Part shown: one piece after another, positions 26,157-39,721 of the stretch | Position numbering within the stretch: position 1 is the stretch's first letter | Layout: each line of letters begins with the position of its first letter | Assembly: GCF_018977255.1 (NCBI RefSeq) | Contig: NW_024704743.1 | Span: 14,014,001 to 14,078,000 of the forward strand | Source: Callorhinchus milii | Lineage: Eukaryota | Direction of reading: 5' to 3' | DNA: 64,000 nucleotides | The notes under the pieces: model-generated | What the model saw: only the letters and a program-made list of their open reading frames with translations | Database searches by the model: none | What the model was told of the DNA's origin: nothing | Made by a program: the position numbers and the translations under genes

Positions 26157-26339
26157 GGCCATGATGAAAGCCTTCCCGTACAGGCCGCACTTGTGTGCGC
26201 GCTAGGAGCTATGTATGCGCTGGTGAAGGAGGAGGTTGGAGTAGTGGGTGGCGCACAGCGGGCAGGCATAGGGCCGTTCCCCGGTGTTGACGCGCTGGTG
26301 CTGCCGCAGGTTGGAGGTCTTACCGCACAGCGAGCACTG
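26157..26339 (-). pseudogene. Decayed C2H2 zinc-finger fragment, ZNF628-like
   Basis: Minus strand reads [66 protein letters not shown] linker, two shortened fingers, a stop at 26202-26204. Confidence 0.85.
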
Positions 26340-26741
26340 GCTCCTACCAAGCTCTCCTCTGTTCTAGCTCTGACACCCTCAACCTCCACGGTCTCTTCTC
26401 AAATTCAGTGAACCAGTGCGACACCTTGGTGTCTGGTTCGATCTTCTGTTCTTATTTTTCCTTCACATCTGGTCTCTAATCAAGTCTACTTTTCTTCATC
26501 TCCTGCCTCTGCCCTAACTTCACTCTCAAAACTGTTGAAACCCTATCCATGCCTTTGGCGCCTGCTGGCTGGATGTTTCCAACACACTTCTTGCTGTGCT
26601 CCCCAACTCCACCATCCATGAACCTCAATGTATTCAATACTCCATTGGCCACATCAGATTCCTCATGTCCATTAGCCCAGTGCTTGCTAGCTTATACTTA
26701 AGGGATCGATTCAAAGAACTTCACTCTCATTTGTAAAACCA

Positions 26742-26777
<36 letters not shown>

Positions 26778-26889
26778 CCTCCCCCCATCTCTCTGATCTC
26801 CTGTTACACCAACTCACTCTTCTCACACCCTGCTTGGCTAAGTCATATTTGCTGCTCTTTCCTTGCTCTGCCCGCGCGCTACCATTGGT

Positions 26890-28478
26890 GCTTGGACTTT
26901 CTGATTTTATGCCTCTGGAACTCCCCCTCTCTACCTCTGTGTCTAACCGCCTCTCCACCACCAGTCTTCAAGTCAAAGCGTACTTCTTCAACTGTCCCCA
27001 CAGACCCTTCGCCTTCCCCCCCCTCCCCCCACTCTCAGTTGCCTTGGAGTCATCTGAACTCCTTCCCCTCTGGGCTTCCTTCCGCAATGACCTATCCTCC
27101 CCAGTCATTCTTCTTCACAGCTTCTTCTCCTCCACTCTTGATTCCCTTGCACCCCTCACTTCCTGAACTGTCTCGAGCGCAGATGGCAGAAAACTGGCCT
27201 GACAGTTCGCCATCAACTGTGGTTCGAGCACTTCCACAGCTACCGCTGTTCTTTGACGCGAGTGAAAACAGCCTTCTACTCCAACATCATCTTGGAGCCA
27301 AAAAACAATCCCAAAGTCCTTCCTCCCCCTCCCACTGGCACGGCCCCGGGATCCGTTACTGTGAAGCGCTCTGAGATGCCGTCCGGCGTGGAGGGCGCTG
27401 TATAAATCCAAGTTGTTGTTGTTCCTACTCACGAAAGTCACTATGGTACACCAACCACCTCTTCTCCCTTAAAGCACAGATACGTACCTGGCTTACATTG
27501 AACTTAACAGCCCATCGGCAGATCTGGCTGGACTTTACCAAATCCTACCTCTCTGCCCTCGCCTCCGCTAAATCGTTGTTCTACTCCAAGACAATCCTGG
27601 AGGCCGAGGACAACCCCAGGCTCCTCCTCTCCATCACCAACTGGCTCCTCCACCCACCCTCTCATGGCTCACCCATCCTCACCTCCAATGCCAACTGCGA
27701 GGCGATCCTGGACTTCCTCGAATCCAAAGTTAAGGGGATCCACTCAGTTGCTTCTGCCCTTATGTCTACTACCCCCTCCTCCCATCTCCCCCTCTCACCC
27801 CGGCCCCTACCCATTCCTCCCTCCACACCTTCGAACCTGTCTCCCGCTCCTCTCTCACTTCCACTATAACCCGAATGAAACCAGCCACCTGCTCCCTCGA
27901 CCCCATCCCTCTCCTTACCTCCCAGCTCCACCTCCTTGCCCCTCTACTCACAGACATCATAAACCTCTCCCTGTCCACCCCATTAAGAATGGCCGTCATC
28001 ACTCTTATCCTTGAAAAACCCTCCCTGGACCCATCAGAGCTCTCAAACTACCGCTCCATCTCCAACTTCCCTTTCATCTCCCAGGTCCTGGAATTAGTTG
28101 TTGCTTTGCTCCTTCTTCTCTCGCCACTCCCTTCAGGAACCCCTCCAATTAGTTTTCCGCGCCTCCACACCTCAGGCGCTGACAGCATCACCATCCAAGG
28201 ATGCACACTCCACCTCACTGAGTCAGTCTGGAATCTTGGCTCTTTGTTTGACCCTCAACTATCCTTTCTACCCCACTGCCTCGCCCCCTCCTTTGCCTCT
28301 TTCAAGACCCATCTCAAGACCCTCCTCTTCGACCATGCTTTCGATCACCCTGCTTTCCCCCCTGCCCTCCACCCTCCGCAATCCTGACCCCCAGCTCGGG
28401 ACCGAAACACTGAATGTCCCTCGCCTTGGGATTTCCTCCTGACGTGAAAGGCGCTATACAAATGCAATGTTGTTGTTT
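26890..28478 (+). mobile_element. Two adjacent deleted L2 LINE copies
   Basis: TCSLDPIP and NYRSISNFPFIS motifs; tails ending at about 27423 and 28478. Confidence 0.8.
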
Positions 28479-29603
28479 TGTAAAGAAAGAGACCAGCCTT
28501 GCTCTGGACAGGAGGGAAACATGATCTATGCACAGGGGCTGGTTTGCTCATCCATAATGAAATGCCACATGGCTACTCGGCCAGCTTTAGTAAATACAAA
28601 TTTAAAGCGGGCTATGTTTAAACCATATCCTTTTACTTATTTTGTTTTTATGATAAAGACATAATATTCTAAAGCTTAACAGCAGTAATATCAAGTCCTG
28701 CCCCTCAATTTGCACTCTCCTGACACTGGAGACTTGTGGTCATATATAACAGCAGCCCGTGATATCTGTTCTAGCCTAAACTGTGAGCCGTTTATTTATG
28801 GGAGAGGGTAAGGTAGGATTACAGCTAAGCCAATCCTGTATATACCCCTGCATGTTCCAGGACTGCATGGGGAAACAGACAGGCGACACTAAATTAAATT
28901 GTAACTAATGTTACCCTGTCTGTGATTATAAATTCAACATAGGTTTGAACCTGGGGATTTCCTATCTCTGTTGCTCACTTGCACACTGTACAATGCATGT
29001 AATTGCTGGGACATTGGTGGGGAGAAGGAGGAAGAGAGGGAATGGAACTGTTTCTAGTTGAGTGCATGATCTCGAGGGTTAAGTTGAAAAACGCAAACAA
29101 TCAGAATAGAATTTCTACTCTATTTTGTGAGTTGCTGCCTTGAATTCATGAAGCTGTAGAACTAGTAAGGCCTTGCCCAGTTCACTATTTGGAAGAAATC
29201 ATGTGGCTTGGGAGAAGATAGGTGTGAGATCCCTCTTCTGTAATAAATTGCTGGCGACACACCAGCACATCTCTTCAATGTCAACTTCCCGAGGTCCTTC
29301 CACCCAAGGCACAGTCATTGAGATGATCTCTATTGGTGGGAAGAATGTCTCATATAGGCTTGCCGTTTCACACACTGGTTGTACTGTTTGGTTATCTAAG
29401 CATTCCAAGACTGTACCCTGTGTGAAGGAGCCTATAAAAATACAAGTTGTTGTTGTTAGTTGAATTAAGTAGTACTGGGATTGGAGGTTTTAGTTCTTCG
29501 TTCAGATCAATGTCAGAAATAGGACCCATGAGATGGGTCTGCTTTTCTCTAGCAGAGAGATCAAATGTGATGCATTTGCAAGAAACTGGTTTTACATCAG
29601 GTA

Positions 29604-30017
29604 TCAGCCTGGCTCAGTTGGTAGCACTGTTTCGCCTCGGAGTCTGAAGGTTGTGGGTTCAGGTTCAACAGCAGGATTTTGAACTTGCAGTCTAGGTTGA
29701 TGCACCATACACCGATGGGGGGAGTACTGCATTTTTGGAGATGTCATCCTTTGGATAAGACTTGAAAACAAGGTCTCATCCACCTGCTCAGGTGGATATT
29801 TAAACATCTCACCTCACTATTTAAAAGAGACGGGAGTCCTGGCCAGCAATCCACCAAACACAATTCAATCTTGGCTACTTGTGGGACATTGTTCGGAAAT
29901 TGGCCCCCTTGTATTCGCCTATAAAATAGTCATTCTATTTTATGGTAAAATCTTGTGAAATGCTTTAGAGATGTTCTCTGGACGTGAGAAACACTGTTAT
30001 CAAATGCAAGGATTATT
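29604..30017 (+). mobile_element. Near full-length Deu-domain SINE
   Basis: Head tggctcagttggtagcac...gaaggttgtgggttca, Deu core, tail tcaaatgcaaggattatt. Confidence 0.8.
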
Positions 30018-30030
30018 GACAACAGAGAGA

Positions 30031-30470
30031 GGGACTTCAGTTACGAGGAGAGGCTAGAGAAACTGGGATTATTCTCATTGGAGCAGAGAAGGTTAAGAGG
30101 AGACTTAATAGAAGTTTTCAAAATTATGAGGGGATTCGATAGGGTGAACAAGGAGAAAGTATTTCTGTTGGCGGGTGGGTTGGTAACCCGAGGACATCGA
30201 TTTAAAATAGTTTCTAAAATGGAAACAGAGGGGAGGTGAGGAGAAATGTTTTTACACAGCGAGTTGTTTGAATCTGGAATGCATTGCCTGAAAGGGTGAT
30301 GGAAGCCGATTTGATAACAGGTTTTAAGAGCGAAGTTGATAATTATTTGGGGAGGACGAGTTTGCAGGGCTATGGGGAGAGCTCGGGGGAATGGGATTGA
30401 ATTGGATAGCTGTTTTCAAAGAGGTGGCACAGACACGACGGGTCGAATGGCCTCCTTCTATAATTCTATG
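30031..30470 (+). mobile_element. CR1 LINE 3' end
   Basis: SYEERLEKLGLFSLEQRRLRGDLIEVFKIMRG; 3' end gggtcgaatggcctccttct...attctatga. Confidence 0.92.
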
Positions 30471-32178
30471 AGAGAGAGACTGTGTACAAAATGGCTGTCA
30501 TTGCCAAAAAGTCGCTTTATTTAGCAATAATTACTATAAAGCATTTTAAGAACTTTTTGATGTATGAGGTGCTTTAAAAATGCAATTTTTTTAATTCAGT
30601 TTTATGAAGTGGCATTCCAGGTTTGCTCACTGCAGTGAGGTCTGTGCTGTTAGCATTGGCATACAGTCCTTCTTTATTGCAAGGTGTCCAGGTTGCATAG
30701 ATTTAGAGTGTCAGTCTAAAACAGTCTACAAACTGAACTTGAAGAATTCTAAAACACTTAAGTAAAACCATTACATCAAACAATGAGATCAATGTCTCTT
30801 CCTAAGGAGAAAACTTAGAACCATTGGAGATTGACTATTCATTCACCTATTTAAAAAAAACTTACTGAACTGCAGTAAATCCTGTGAAATGCTTTCAACC
30901 ATGTGATAAGGTGCTGCATCAAATACAAGGATTATTATTCAAACAGGATTGTATCCTATGATTATGTAGCGTACTGTGACTATCTTCCTTTCTTTCATCT
31001 TTCCATTACAATGCAGGATGTGTGTATGCATGCTTTGGAGAACTTGTAAATTGGTCTTCCTAACCAGAAGCCAGTGTATTTCCACTTTCTTCTCCTATTC
31101 CTCTAAAAGCTCCTCTGTTACTGTAAACTGACTGGCATGAATGACACAATGCCACTTCACTCAACATCAACTTGTATTGATACGTAAAAGGCTGTCTCAC
31201 ACTACATAGGGTTGCAATAACTGGAAGCAAACTAATTTTTTTTAGTTTTGCTCTGCCATCCTACATAGATTTATGTCTGTCAGTTCAGGTAGACATTAAA
31301 GACCCGATGCACTTTTGAAAAGAAAAGGAAGTTTATTTATAATAATAATATTTCTGTGTCCTGAGCAACAGTCCTCCAAATTTTAATAATTGATAAACAT
31401 GGCTGTTTGTGTGACATTGATGTGCACAAATTGGCTGCTGTTCTTACATAGTCACTACATTTTACAGAAACAAATCTGAAGTCCTTTTAGCCATTTACAT
31501 ATGATAAAGCACTATATTGAATGGAGGTTGCAAGTATTATTATTGAGCATTTTTGATTTGGCCGATCTAGAAGCAGACACATCTATTCTTGACTCTGTCA
31601 AAGTTCCCAGAATTACGAAGAGAAAGGCCAAGTTCTAAGACAACTTATCTTAACATGTCAGAGCTTGTTAAAAGCAGCAAATAAACTTGTCATGTATGAG
31701 AAACGCCTTCTTGAGAAAGTGCAGTGCTCGGTCTAACAAGAACCTGTCAGAGTTTAATAGAAATGACAAAAAAAACTTTTATGATATTAAAAAAAGGAAC
31801 TGAAATAATGCTTGCAAGTCTTTATTGAATACCTGTGGTTTACTCATTTTAATTAGTTATAATTTAAAATTGTTTAATTGTATTATTTCTTTGGGGGGGG
31901 TGTTCCTCGAATGACTTTGCACACCAGAGGTCTGAAATTCCACCTTGTCTTAGCACTAATTTAAGTCTCAATTTAGAAACTGGTTTCCGGTAGCTTTTTG
32001 CACAAAAAAGGCTTCCAAATTGATGCCGAATTGAAGAATTTCCTGCGATTCAGTAATATCTTAAATTTTAATAGCAAGTTGGCCTTACAAGCTAAGACTA
32101 GTTGGGATTTCAGTTCTCAGGTGGTCTTTATCGTGTGCAGCAATACACTACTAACCTCTGTCTCGTTTACCTTCACAG

Positions 32179-32265
32179 GCTGAGGCAAGGCTAGCAGCCA
32201 AGCGGGCAGCCCGGGCAGAGGCACGAGATATCCGCATGAAAGAACTGGAGCGGCAGCAGAAAGAG
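32179..32265 (+). CDS. LRRFIP2: LRRFIP2 exon 3 (87 nt): [29 protein letters not shown]
   Basis: Hallmark LRRFIP N-terminal helix; acceptor cttcacag; donor GAG|GTAATA; phase 0. Confidence 0.97.
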
Positions 32266-34056
32266 GTAATAGGAAATACAGCAAAGAGCGGAAGGGTGTG
32301 GTTTCTCTGCTGACTGTTGGAGGGGTGGGGGGAAGAGGATGAGATGAGTAATAGAATGCAAGCCTACATGCCCAGTAGAGCCGAGACGCTTACTCTTGGA
32401 GAAAGGGAAGGAGCCTGTTTATATTTGCAAGCTCAGGCAGTCATTTCAGCTGGTTCAGCAGTAAACACAGTAATCGAAACTGAGTAGAAAGTTGGCATCA
32501 TTCTCAGCAATTTCAAGCTCTCCAGTGCTATTTCCTACTCTTAAGTAGGATACAAGAGCTGAATGAATGCAGTATTCACGTTATTAAAAGCACAGTAAAA
32601 AGGAAAGCTGGTCGATGCTAAAAGTCTGAGGTGACTTCATCCTTTGTTTACCAAGTGCATTGTGGCAAAACACATGAGGGCTGGATGCTACTTAGTCTAG
32701 GATTTTACATATAGCAAATTCTAGCCTGATTCCTTAAAAAGAAAATCAGTTGGTGACTTTGGGTAATGGGAAGTATCGCATGCCAACTCGTGAGAACTCC
32801 ACTCTGAAAGTGTCTCTGTGGCTTGGTGTGACTGGCATTCAGTGTGTTTATTAAAGAACCCCATTAGAAATCGCTGCATATTTGACCCCAGTGAAAATTT
32901 ACCGCTACATTTGCAGTGACTTCCACTCAAACCCGTTGTGATATAAACTCTTTTCTGTTAAGTCAAACTGATTTGCATTTCTGTTCGCTCCTTACCAGCA
33001 GATTATCCATGCGGAGACGGAAATTTATATATGACTTATGATGGACGTGGTTTCTCACGTCAAATGACTAGATTTTCTCAGACTTTTTTAGACTGTGTTA
33101 AAGATTCCATTCCAAAGGAGTATTGTCCAATGTTAATTTGATTATCGGACTTATGCTGACAACCGCTGCAAGTAGTATTTGGAAACTTGCATATTTTCAA
33201 AGGAAAAATCTCCACAAACTAGAGCCATCTTGAGTTTTTTTTTCCATTGTTGCACACGTATGTGTGAAAGTCATTTTTGCAGTTGATGGTTGTCCTCTTG
33301 CTGGTCGTATGCATTGGTTCCTGAGCCTCGGTCACTCTTGTTGAAAGGTTCCTCACATTACTGCTCAGATGCTGAGGCTCTGACCAGTTGTGGATTCATA
33401 TGGCTGTTTATAACTGTTTCCAGAGTGATCTGATACAGTGATCATTCCTTCGTTGTTTTCTGTCAAACGCTTATCCAGCAAATGTCATCCCAGTGCTCGG
33501 CCTGGCCTAACCCGCAGCTCAAGAATGCTGTTTGACTGTTCATCACTTTGACTTTGTGAAACACTGATATAAACAGATCCACTGAGTTGACATCTAGCAT
33601 GAGTGTTAATATTGTGCAAGTCGTTATGTTTTGGGGGGAAAGGGTTCCTCACAGCTTAAAGGAAACTCTTAGTATCCCACAACAGTTGTGAATTGAGTGA
33701 ACAAATTAATGCTTTTTTTTATGAAGGGATTATTACTCCCGGAAAGCGATCCGCCAGTTGACTTAATACAAGGTAAACAGAGGCATGCGTAGTAAGGAAA
33801 CTTGCCCAAGGTTTCGCCCTGCTCAGGAAACAAACACAGGTGTTCTCCCTTATGAGGCGCGTGTTCTAACCAGTATTCCACAGTAATACCATCAAGTGTT
33901 GAATTTTTTTTCTGTCCAGATATCTTTACCCCATGGAGACTGTATCCCATTGTTGCCCGAGCTGAGATTTTTCCTGCTCGCTCTATTCTCAGTACTGCAC
34001 AAGTTGATGCATTGAATCATCAGGTAGTCCCTATGAAACAACATTGTTTTTACTAT

Positions 34057-34879
34057 TCCTCAGGGCTCTGTCCTCGGTCCCCTCCTCTTCACCCCCTACA
34101 TGCTCCCCCTTGGTGACATCATCCGCAGACATGGGGTAAATTTCCACATGTATTCGGATGACACCCAACTCTATCTTTCTGCCTCCACCCTCAACTCCAG
34201 GACTACTGGCGTCCTAAGTGACTGCCTGTCTGACATCAAGTCCTGGACGAGGGACAACTTTCTCCAACTCAACGTCCGCAAGACTGAGGCCTTCCTGATT
34301 GGCTCACACTAGCGCCTCCGCACCTCAGGCGCTGGCAGCATCGCCTCCACAGCTGCACACTCAACCTCAATAAGCCAGTCAGGAACCTGGGTGTCTTGTT
34401 TGATCCTGAACTCTTCTTTCTCCCCCACATCCACGCCATGACCGGTACTGTCTACCACCACCTCTGCAACATTGCCAGACTCCGCCACTGCCTCACCCCT
34501 CAGGCTGCCGAAACCCTCACCCATCCATTCGTCACATCAAGGCTCGATTACAGGAACTCCCTCCTCATCGGCCTTCCCAACTCTTCCCTTCACAAGCTGC
34601 AGATCATCCAAAACTCTGCAGCTCGTGTACTCTCACACACCAGGCTCCGTGACCCCATCACTCCCACCCTCGCCCGACTCTACTGGTTCCCCATCCCCCA
34701 GAGGATCGAGTTCAAGATCCTCGTCCTCACTTTCAAGGCCACCCACCTCTCTGCCTTCCCTCACCCCTACACCACCCTCCCCCATGCTTGGGCCCCGACA
34801 CCTGACTGTTCAGTGCTTTGGGACGTCCTCCCAACGTGAAAGGCGCTCTATAAATGTAATTTTGTTGTTGTTATTGTTG
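34057..34879 (+). mobile_element. L2 LINE 3' fragment
   Basis: PQGSVLGP...MYSDDTQLY...SRLDY motifs and (TTG)n tail. Confidence 0.92.
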
Positions 34880-37479
34880 TTCCTCATTCCTTGAATAATG
34901 TGGTAGTTAATGGCTTTCTTTTAAAAACTAAAACTACCTTAAAGGGTGGTGTACTGCTTTTCTTTCACTTGCAGTCATTACGTGGTTCTACTGGTTTGGC
35001 CAGTGAAAATATCTGCAGCGTGGTTTTGGGAGGGACGAGTGGGAAAGGGCATGTCTTGTCTTTTAAGTCATACAGTCGCAATACTTCATCTTGTTCAAGA
35101 ATTGGAAAGAAAGGGTGTGTTACAAAACTGAACCATTAGTCATAGGAAAAAAATGATTCCCCATATCTATTTTCTCAGACATCTAAACTGAAGTATATGG
35201 AGGAACTGAATAGTTTCCAGTGGTTGAAAGTACAGAACTGCTTGGTTTGGCCAATTGTTTGTTCTATGTTTATGCCTCAAATTGTTTATTTTTAATGTAT
35301 GTCTGAGGTGGGAGTGGCGAAAGGTTCTTTCCCCTTTGCTTGCGTCCGCCACCCTAGATAATTATACCGATGTAATTATAATAAATTTTAAAAAAACTTG
35401 CATTTGATAGTGAGCCTTTCAAGTCAGTAGGAGATCTTAAAGCGCTTTGTGGGATTTACTGTATAGAGTATTGATTGTATTTTGTAGGCAAATTCAAATT
35501 AGTAAGAGTTTCAAAAATGAAAACAAGTTGAATTTATGTAGCACAACTCATGCAAGAGGAGCATCTCGAGCATGTTTCTCCCACAAAATATACAGTCAAT
35601 TCACTTTACAGTATATTCTGTGAAGCGCTTTGAGACGTCTCGATGACGTGATAAGGTACTGTATCAAATGCAGTATTATTATGATACTGAATGAGATGAA
35701 TTAAAAATGGAAAAGGTAAATTCTGTTGGGCCAGGATGATGTAAATATATGATTGTTTCCAAAATAGTTTCCAAAAAAGCTGGTCCATTTTCAGTGGAAA
35801 CAATATTATGTTCATGAAATGCACAACCGTCATCAGCAAACTACTGATGAATAAACAGTTCTTTGTGCAATTAGCACAGCAAACGCTGTGACAAATGCTT
35901 CCCGGGACATAAGTGGAAGGAGCCTACTGAGCTAATGTTCATACAGCTGGAGCAAGGCAAAATTGTACAAGTGCTGCTTCATCTCGGTACTCTCAACCTC
36001 TAAGCGGACTTTGAAAGCTGGTGAGATCACTGCCTAGGACTGGGTTGAATTCTGGCCAAAACCATGACGTCAAATCCACTGATTATCTGGAAGCTTTGAA
36101 AGTTGACTTATGGTTCTTCAATCGTCAACATGTCTGTCTTCCATCCCTCGCTATAAATATGGCACGAACAGATCAAACTCTGTTGTGTTTTAATTCAGAG
36201 GGAAAATAATTCTTTATGGGGCCAAATAACTTTTTTTTAAAAAAGTTGAAAGTTTAGTTGCTGATTTTTTAAAAAAAAACAATAAAGTGTTAAAAAAATT
36301 GTGCTCATATATAATCTAGTTTGTTATAATCTGTATTTATTCATATATAATTTCAAAAAATGTCTGATCTAATATGTTTGCATGCGAATAAGTTCATTTT
36401 GGGTTTCAATTGCCTTGCTGTTGCAAAAATAAATTCTGAATAGCTCTAAATAGGGAGTAGAATTTATAAACCCAGACTATAGCTTTTAGAAAGACTTGAT
36501 AAAACTGATGGAAATCTGCACGTGATCTTGTAAAGCAGAGTTTATTCCTTAATCCAAGAGGGTTCTGGGCAAAATTGGACCCTTTGTTACCTAATTGCCG
36601 TACTAACCACTATGCAATTAAGGCTGTTGATGTAATTTGGAGAGTTAATGAGAAAATCAGTGTTAAATTTTAATTTGTAATTCTCTAATTGAATCACCTT
36701 TCCCTTTCGAATATTTTACACGTACGTCCCACACACTTTGCAAGCAGTTAAGGACCATTAGTTTGTTTAAATACCTGCTTTTAATTAAGTTGTGCACATG
36801 CTTGAGGTTACTAGGGAGACTATGTAAGCACCGATTACATTCATGCACAACTAGATTTGTTTAAGGCAGCGAAAAGGTAAGTCTGTAATACATTTGCGTT
36901 GTGTTGAGGTAGAGAGGAAAAAGACAGAAAATTAAATATTTAAGAAGACAGAAAAAGAGAACGGAAGACTGAGTAAGAGAGCTAGAGGTACAGAAAAGAT
37001 TTTTTTTCTAGACTGTGAGCTCAAAGTCCCAACATGGGGCTTGAACCCACAACCTTCCAACGCAAAGGCAAGAATGTAATACGAGATGAATTTAGGCTCA
37101 TCTCGTATTACATCTCGTATCATCTTGTTAAAAAATGTATATTTTTGCAAAAAATGTTCCCCTCCCCCTTTTTTTGCACATTGTTTGACACTGAAAATTG
37201 ACCTAGAAAAAAATCTGGATTTGAGATAAAACACTTTAGTGGTCTTTACAAGCAGTATAAGATTCAAACACTCAAGTCAAGTATTACGTGGTTGGGTGCA
37301 AAAATTAGTCTCTTTTAACTCCCAATAATTATGGCTGAACTATTATTTTTCACTTTCAATGTCATTGACCTTTGTACGTTCCGTGAGTGAGATGAAATTG
37401 CCATCTATCTATAGGTTAACTAATGTTGTGAGGCCCTGTCCATTTGGACCTGGCTTTGGACTGCCTAAACTCATCTCGA

Positions 37480-37856
37480 ATTACATTCTTGCCTTTGAGT
37501 TGAAAGGTTGTGGGTTCAAGCCCCATGTCGAGACTTTGAGCTCACAGTCTAGGCTGTCATTCCAATGCGTTGCGCTACATTGTTGGAAATGCCACCCTTC
37601 AGATGAAACGCTAATCCGAGACACCATTTGAATTATTTGAAAAGAGAAGGGAGTATCTTCTGGAGTTTTGGTCACCAATCCCCAGATAAAAAATGGTCAT
37701 TCACTTCATGGCTATTTTGGACATTGCTGGGCGCAAATTGACTGCTGGTTCACCTACATAATACAATCGCTGCACTTCACAGTAAACATCTTATGAAGTG
37801 TTTGAGACGCCTCAATGGCATGATATGGCACTATATGTAATACAAGGATTATTACA
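37480..37856 (+). mobile_element. Deu-domain SINE whose head is also present inverted at 37008-37097
   Basis: Colinear with the Deu-SINE copies. Confidence 0.8.
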
Positions 37857-37881
37857 TTACTGCAGATATTAAATTTATATT

Positions 37882-38220
37882 GTGATCCTGTAGCTTAGTG
37901 GTTAGTGCACTTGCCTCGCACGCGAGAGGAGCTGGGTTCGATTCCTGTGCAGGGTGAAATATTGGGCAAATTTCCTTACTCCACACGCCTCTGTTTATGT
38001 AGCGATAAGTAGGAACCCGGTTGTTGGGCGATTGACAGATTGCTTTTCCGGGGGTAATAATCCCTTAAAAAAAGTTTTAAAAAATGTGTACAATTGGCTG
38101 CTGTGTTTCGCCCACCAAATATACAATCAGTTTACTTTACAGTATATTCTATGAAGCGCTTAGAGACGTCTTGAAGACGTGATAAGGCGCTATATCAAAT
38201 GCAAGGATTATTATTATTAT
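37882..38220 (+). mobile_element. tRNA-derived SINE, longer subfamily
   Basis: Extra block gcctctgttta...taagtaggaacccggttgtt shared with copies at 58756 and 62839. Confidence 0.85.
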
Positions 38221-38338
38221 CATTAAAGGCTGAATTTAAATTTCAGCAGTGAAAGATAATTGTGCTAACCCAGTCCTTCTGAAGTTTCCAAGCAACACTC
38301 ATTTGTCTTTCATTCCTGTGACTTTTGGTGTCCTAAAT

Positions 38339-38548
38339 ATAATAATAATATAATAATCCTTGCATTTGATATAGTGCTTTTCACGTCTTCTAGATGTCCC
38401 AAAGCGCTTCACAGAATATACTGTAAAGTGAATTGACTGTATATTTGTGGGGGAACGCGGCAGCCAATTGCGCACAGCAATGTCCCACAAACATTCATGG
38501 ATTGAAAATGACCAATTTATTATTGTTTTGTTTTTTGGAGGGATTATT
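38339..38548 (-). mobile_element. Young SINE 3' half
   Basis: Matches the 3' part of 1799-2120; tail-to-tail with the previous copy. Confidence 0.85.
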
Positions 38549-39673
38549 AATATATATAAAATATTAATGTAATAATTGGAACTAACTACAGTGGAGCACC
38601 AATATTGCCAATTGACTTTTTTTTAAAAGTTGGTGTTGGTTACCATCTTATTTGCAACAGAAAGTTAAAACTATGACTAAACTTTTGTCATTCAGTTCTC
38701 CCACTTACCTTCAGAAATGTGGGTGCTGTAAAGAAATATGGAATTTGTTATTTTTGCATTCCTACAAGGTATTAATCTTGTTATAAATGTTACTCGTAAA
38801 GCTTTGTCATACAAATTCAGCATGTGATTTTTTCTTACAGTATGATAAACTGGAAGCATCAAAAATCAATTTTACAGATTAAGAAGGAACTTTATATACA
38901 CTTAACTCACTACATCATGCTCCAATTATGTGTGTTCATACCTGTACTTTCTAGGTGTGTGTGGAAAAAATAACTCTAGATACCCATTTGCATTTACTTG
39001 TTAAAGAAAATTGCCGAGTGGTTTGACAGGTTGGACCTAATAGGTAGACATCCTACACGTGTAAATGACTGTGCTCTAATAATCTTTGCATTATAAAGCA
39101 AAAGCTGCACTTACTGTGACCTTGAATTAAAAGAAATGCTCATATTAAAGTGATTTTATTAATGAACTATACCACTGGGACACTCTCTGAAGATGCTGTC
39201 TCTTACTGTTCTGTCAGTGTCAGCATCAACCTTGAGTACCTTGCCCTTTCTTCATAGATGTGCCTAGACTTGAGTGTGCAACTTTAACCACAGTGGAAAT
39301 CATGCTGGCCATGCCAGATGTTGTCCTTACATGATATCTACATCAAATGTTCCTTCATCCAGAGATACTGAGACAAATGGGACCATCCTTACCACCAATA
39401 TAGCTGAGATAAAGCCAGCTCAGATCAGAGATTGAACTTGGGACCTTCCTGTTCTCTATGGTTCAGTAGCACATGAGGTGAGCATTTACCTACTGGGTTA
39501 TAGAGGGAGGTAGTTTTTGCTTCGATGGTCGAGTTTTATATTGCTGATCAATGAATAAGTAAGTGTCCAAACAAACATCAAACTTTATTTTCTCTCCTGT
39601 TTGTTTAGGCTTGTGTAATGATTTTGAAAGTATTGTGCATTGATTTGAACCTGGATTTTGTTTTCCTCTTTAG

Positions 39674-39721
39674 TTTCATCGTCCCTCTGGGTCAAAATGG
39701 GGAGAGATCCATCAGTGGATG
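39674..39721 (+). CDS. LRRFIP2: LRRFIP2 exon 4 (48 nt): FHRPSGSKWGEIHQWM
   Basis: KWGxIxxW motif of the LRRFIP1/2 cassette exon; acceptor ttttcctctttag; donor ATG|GTAGGG; phase 0. Confidence 0.9.

Noticed and set aside
32975..33030. Pyrimidine tract with CAGCAG acceptor after exon 3
   Set aside because: No GT donor follows and the frame stops within a few codons.
39609..39629. Possible 21-nt microexon (ACVMILK) upstream of exon 4
   Set aside because: Weak donor, only 44 nt to the next acceptor, and no LRRFIP similarity.
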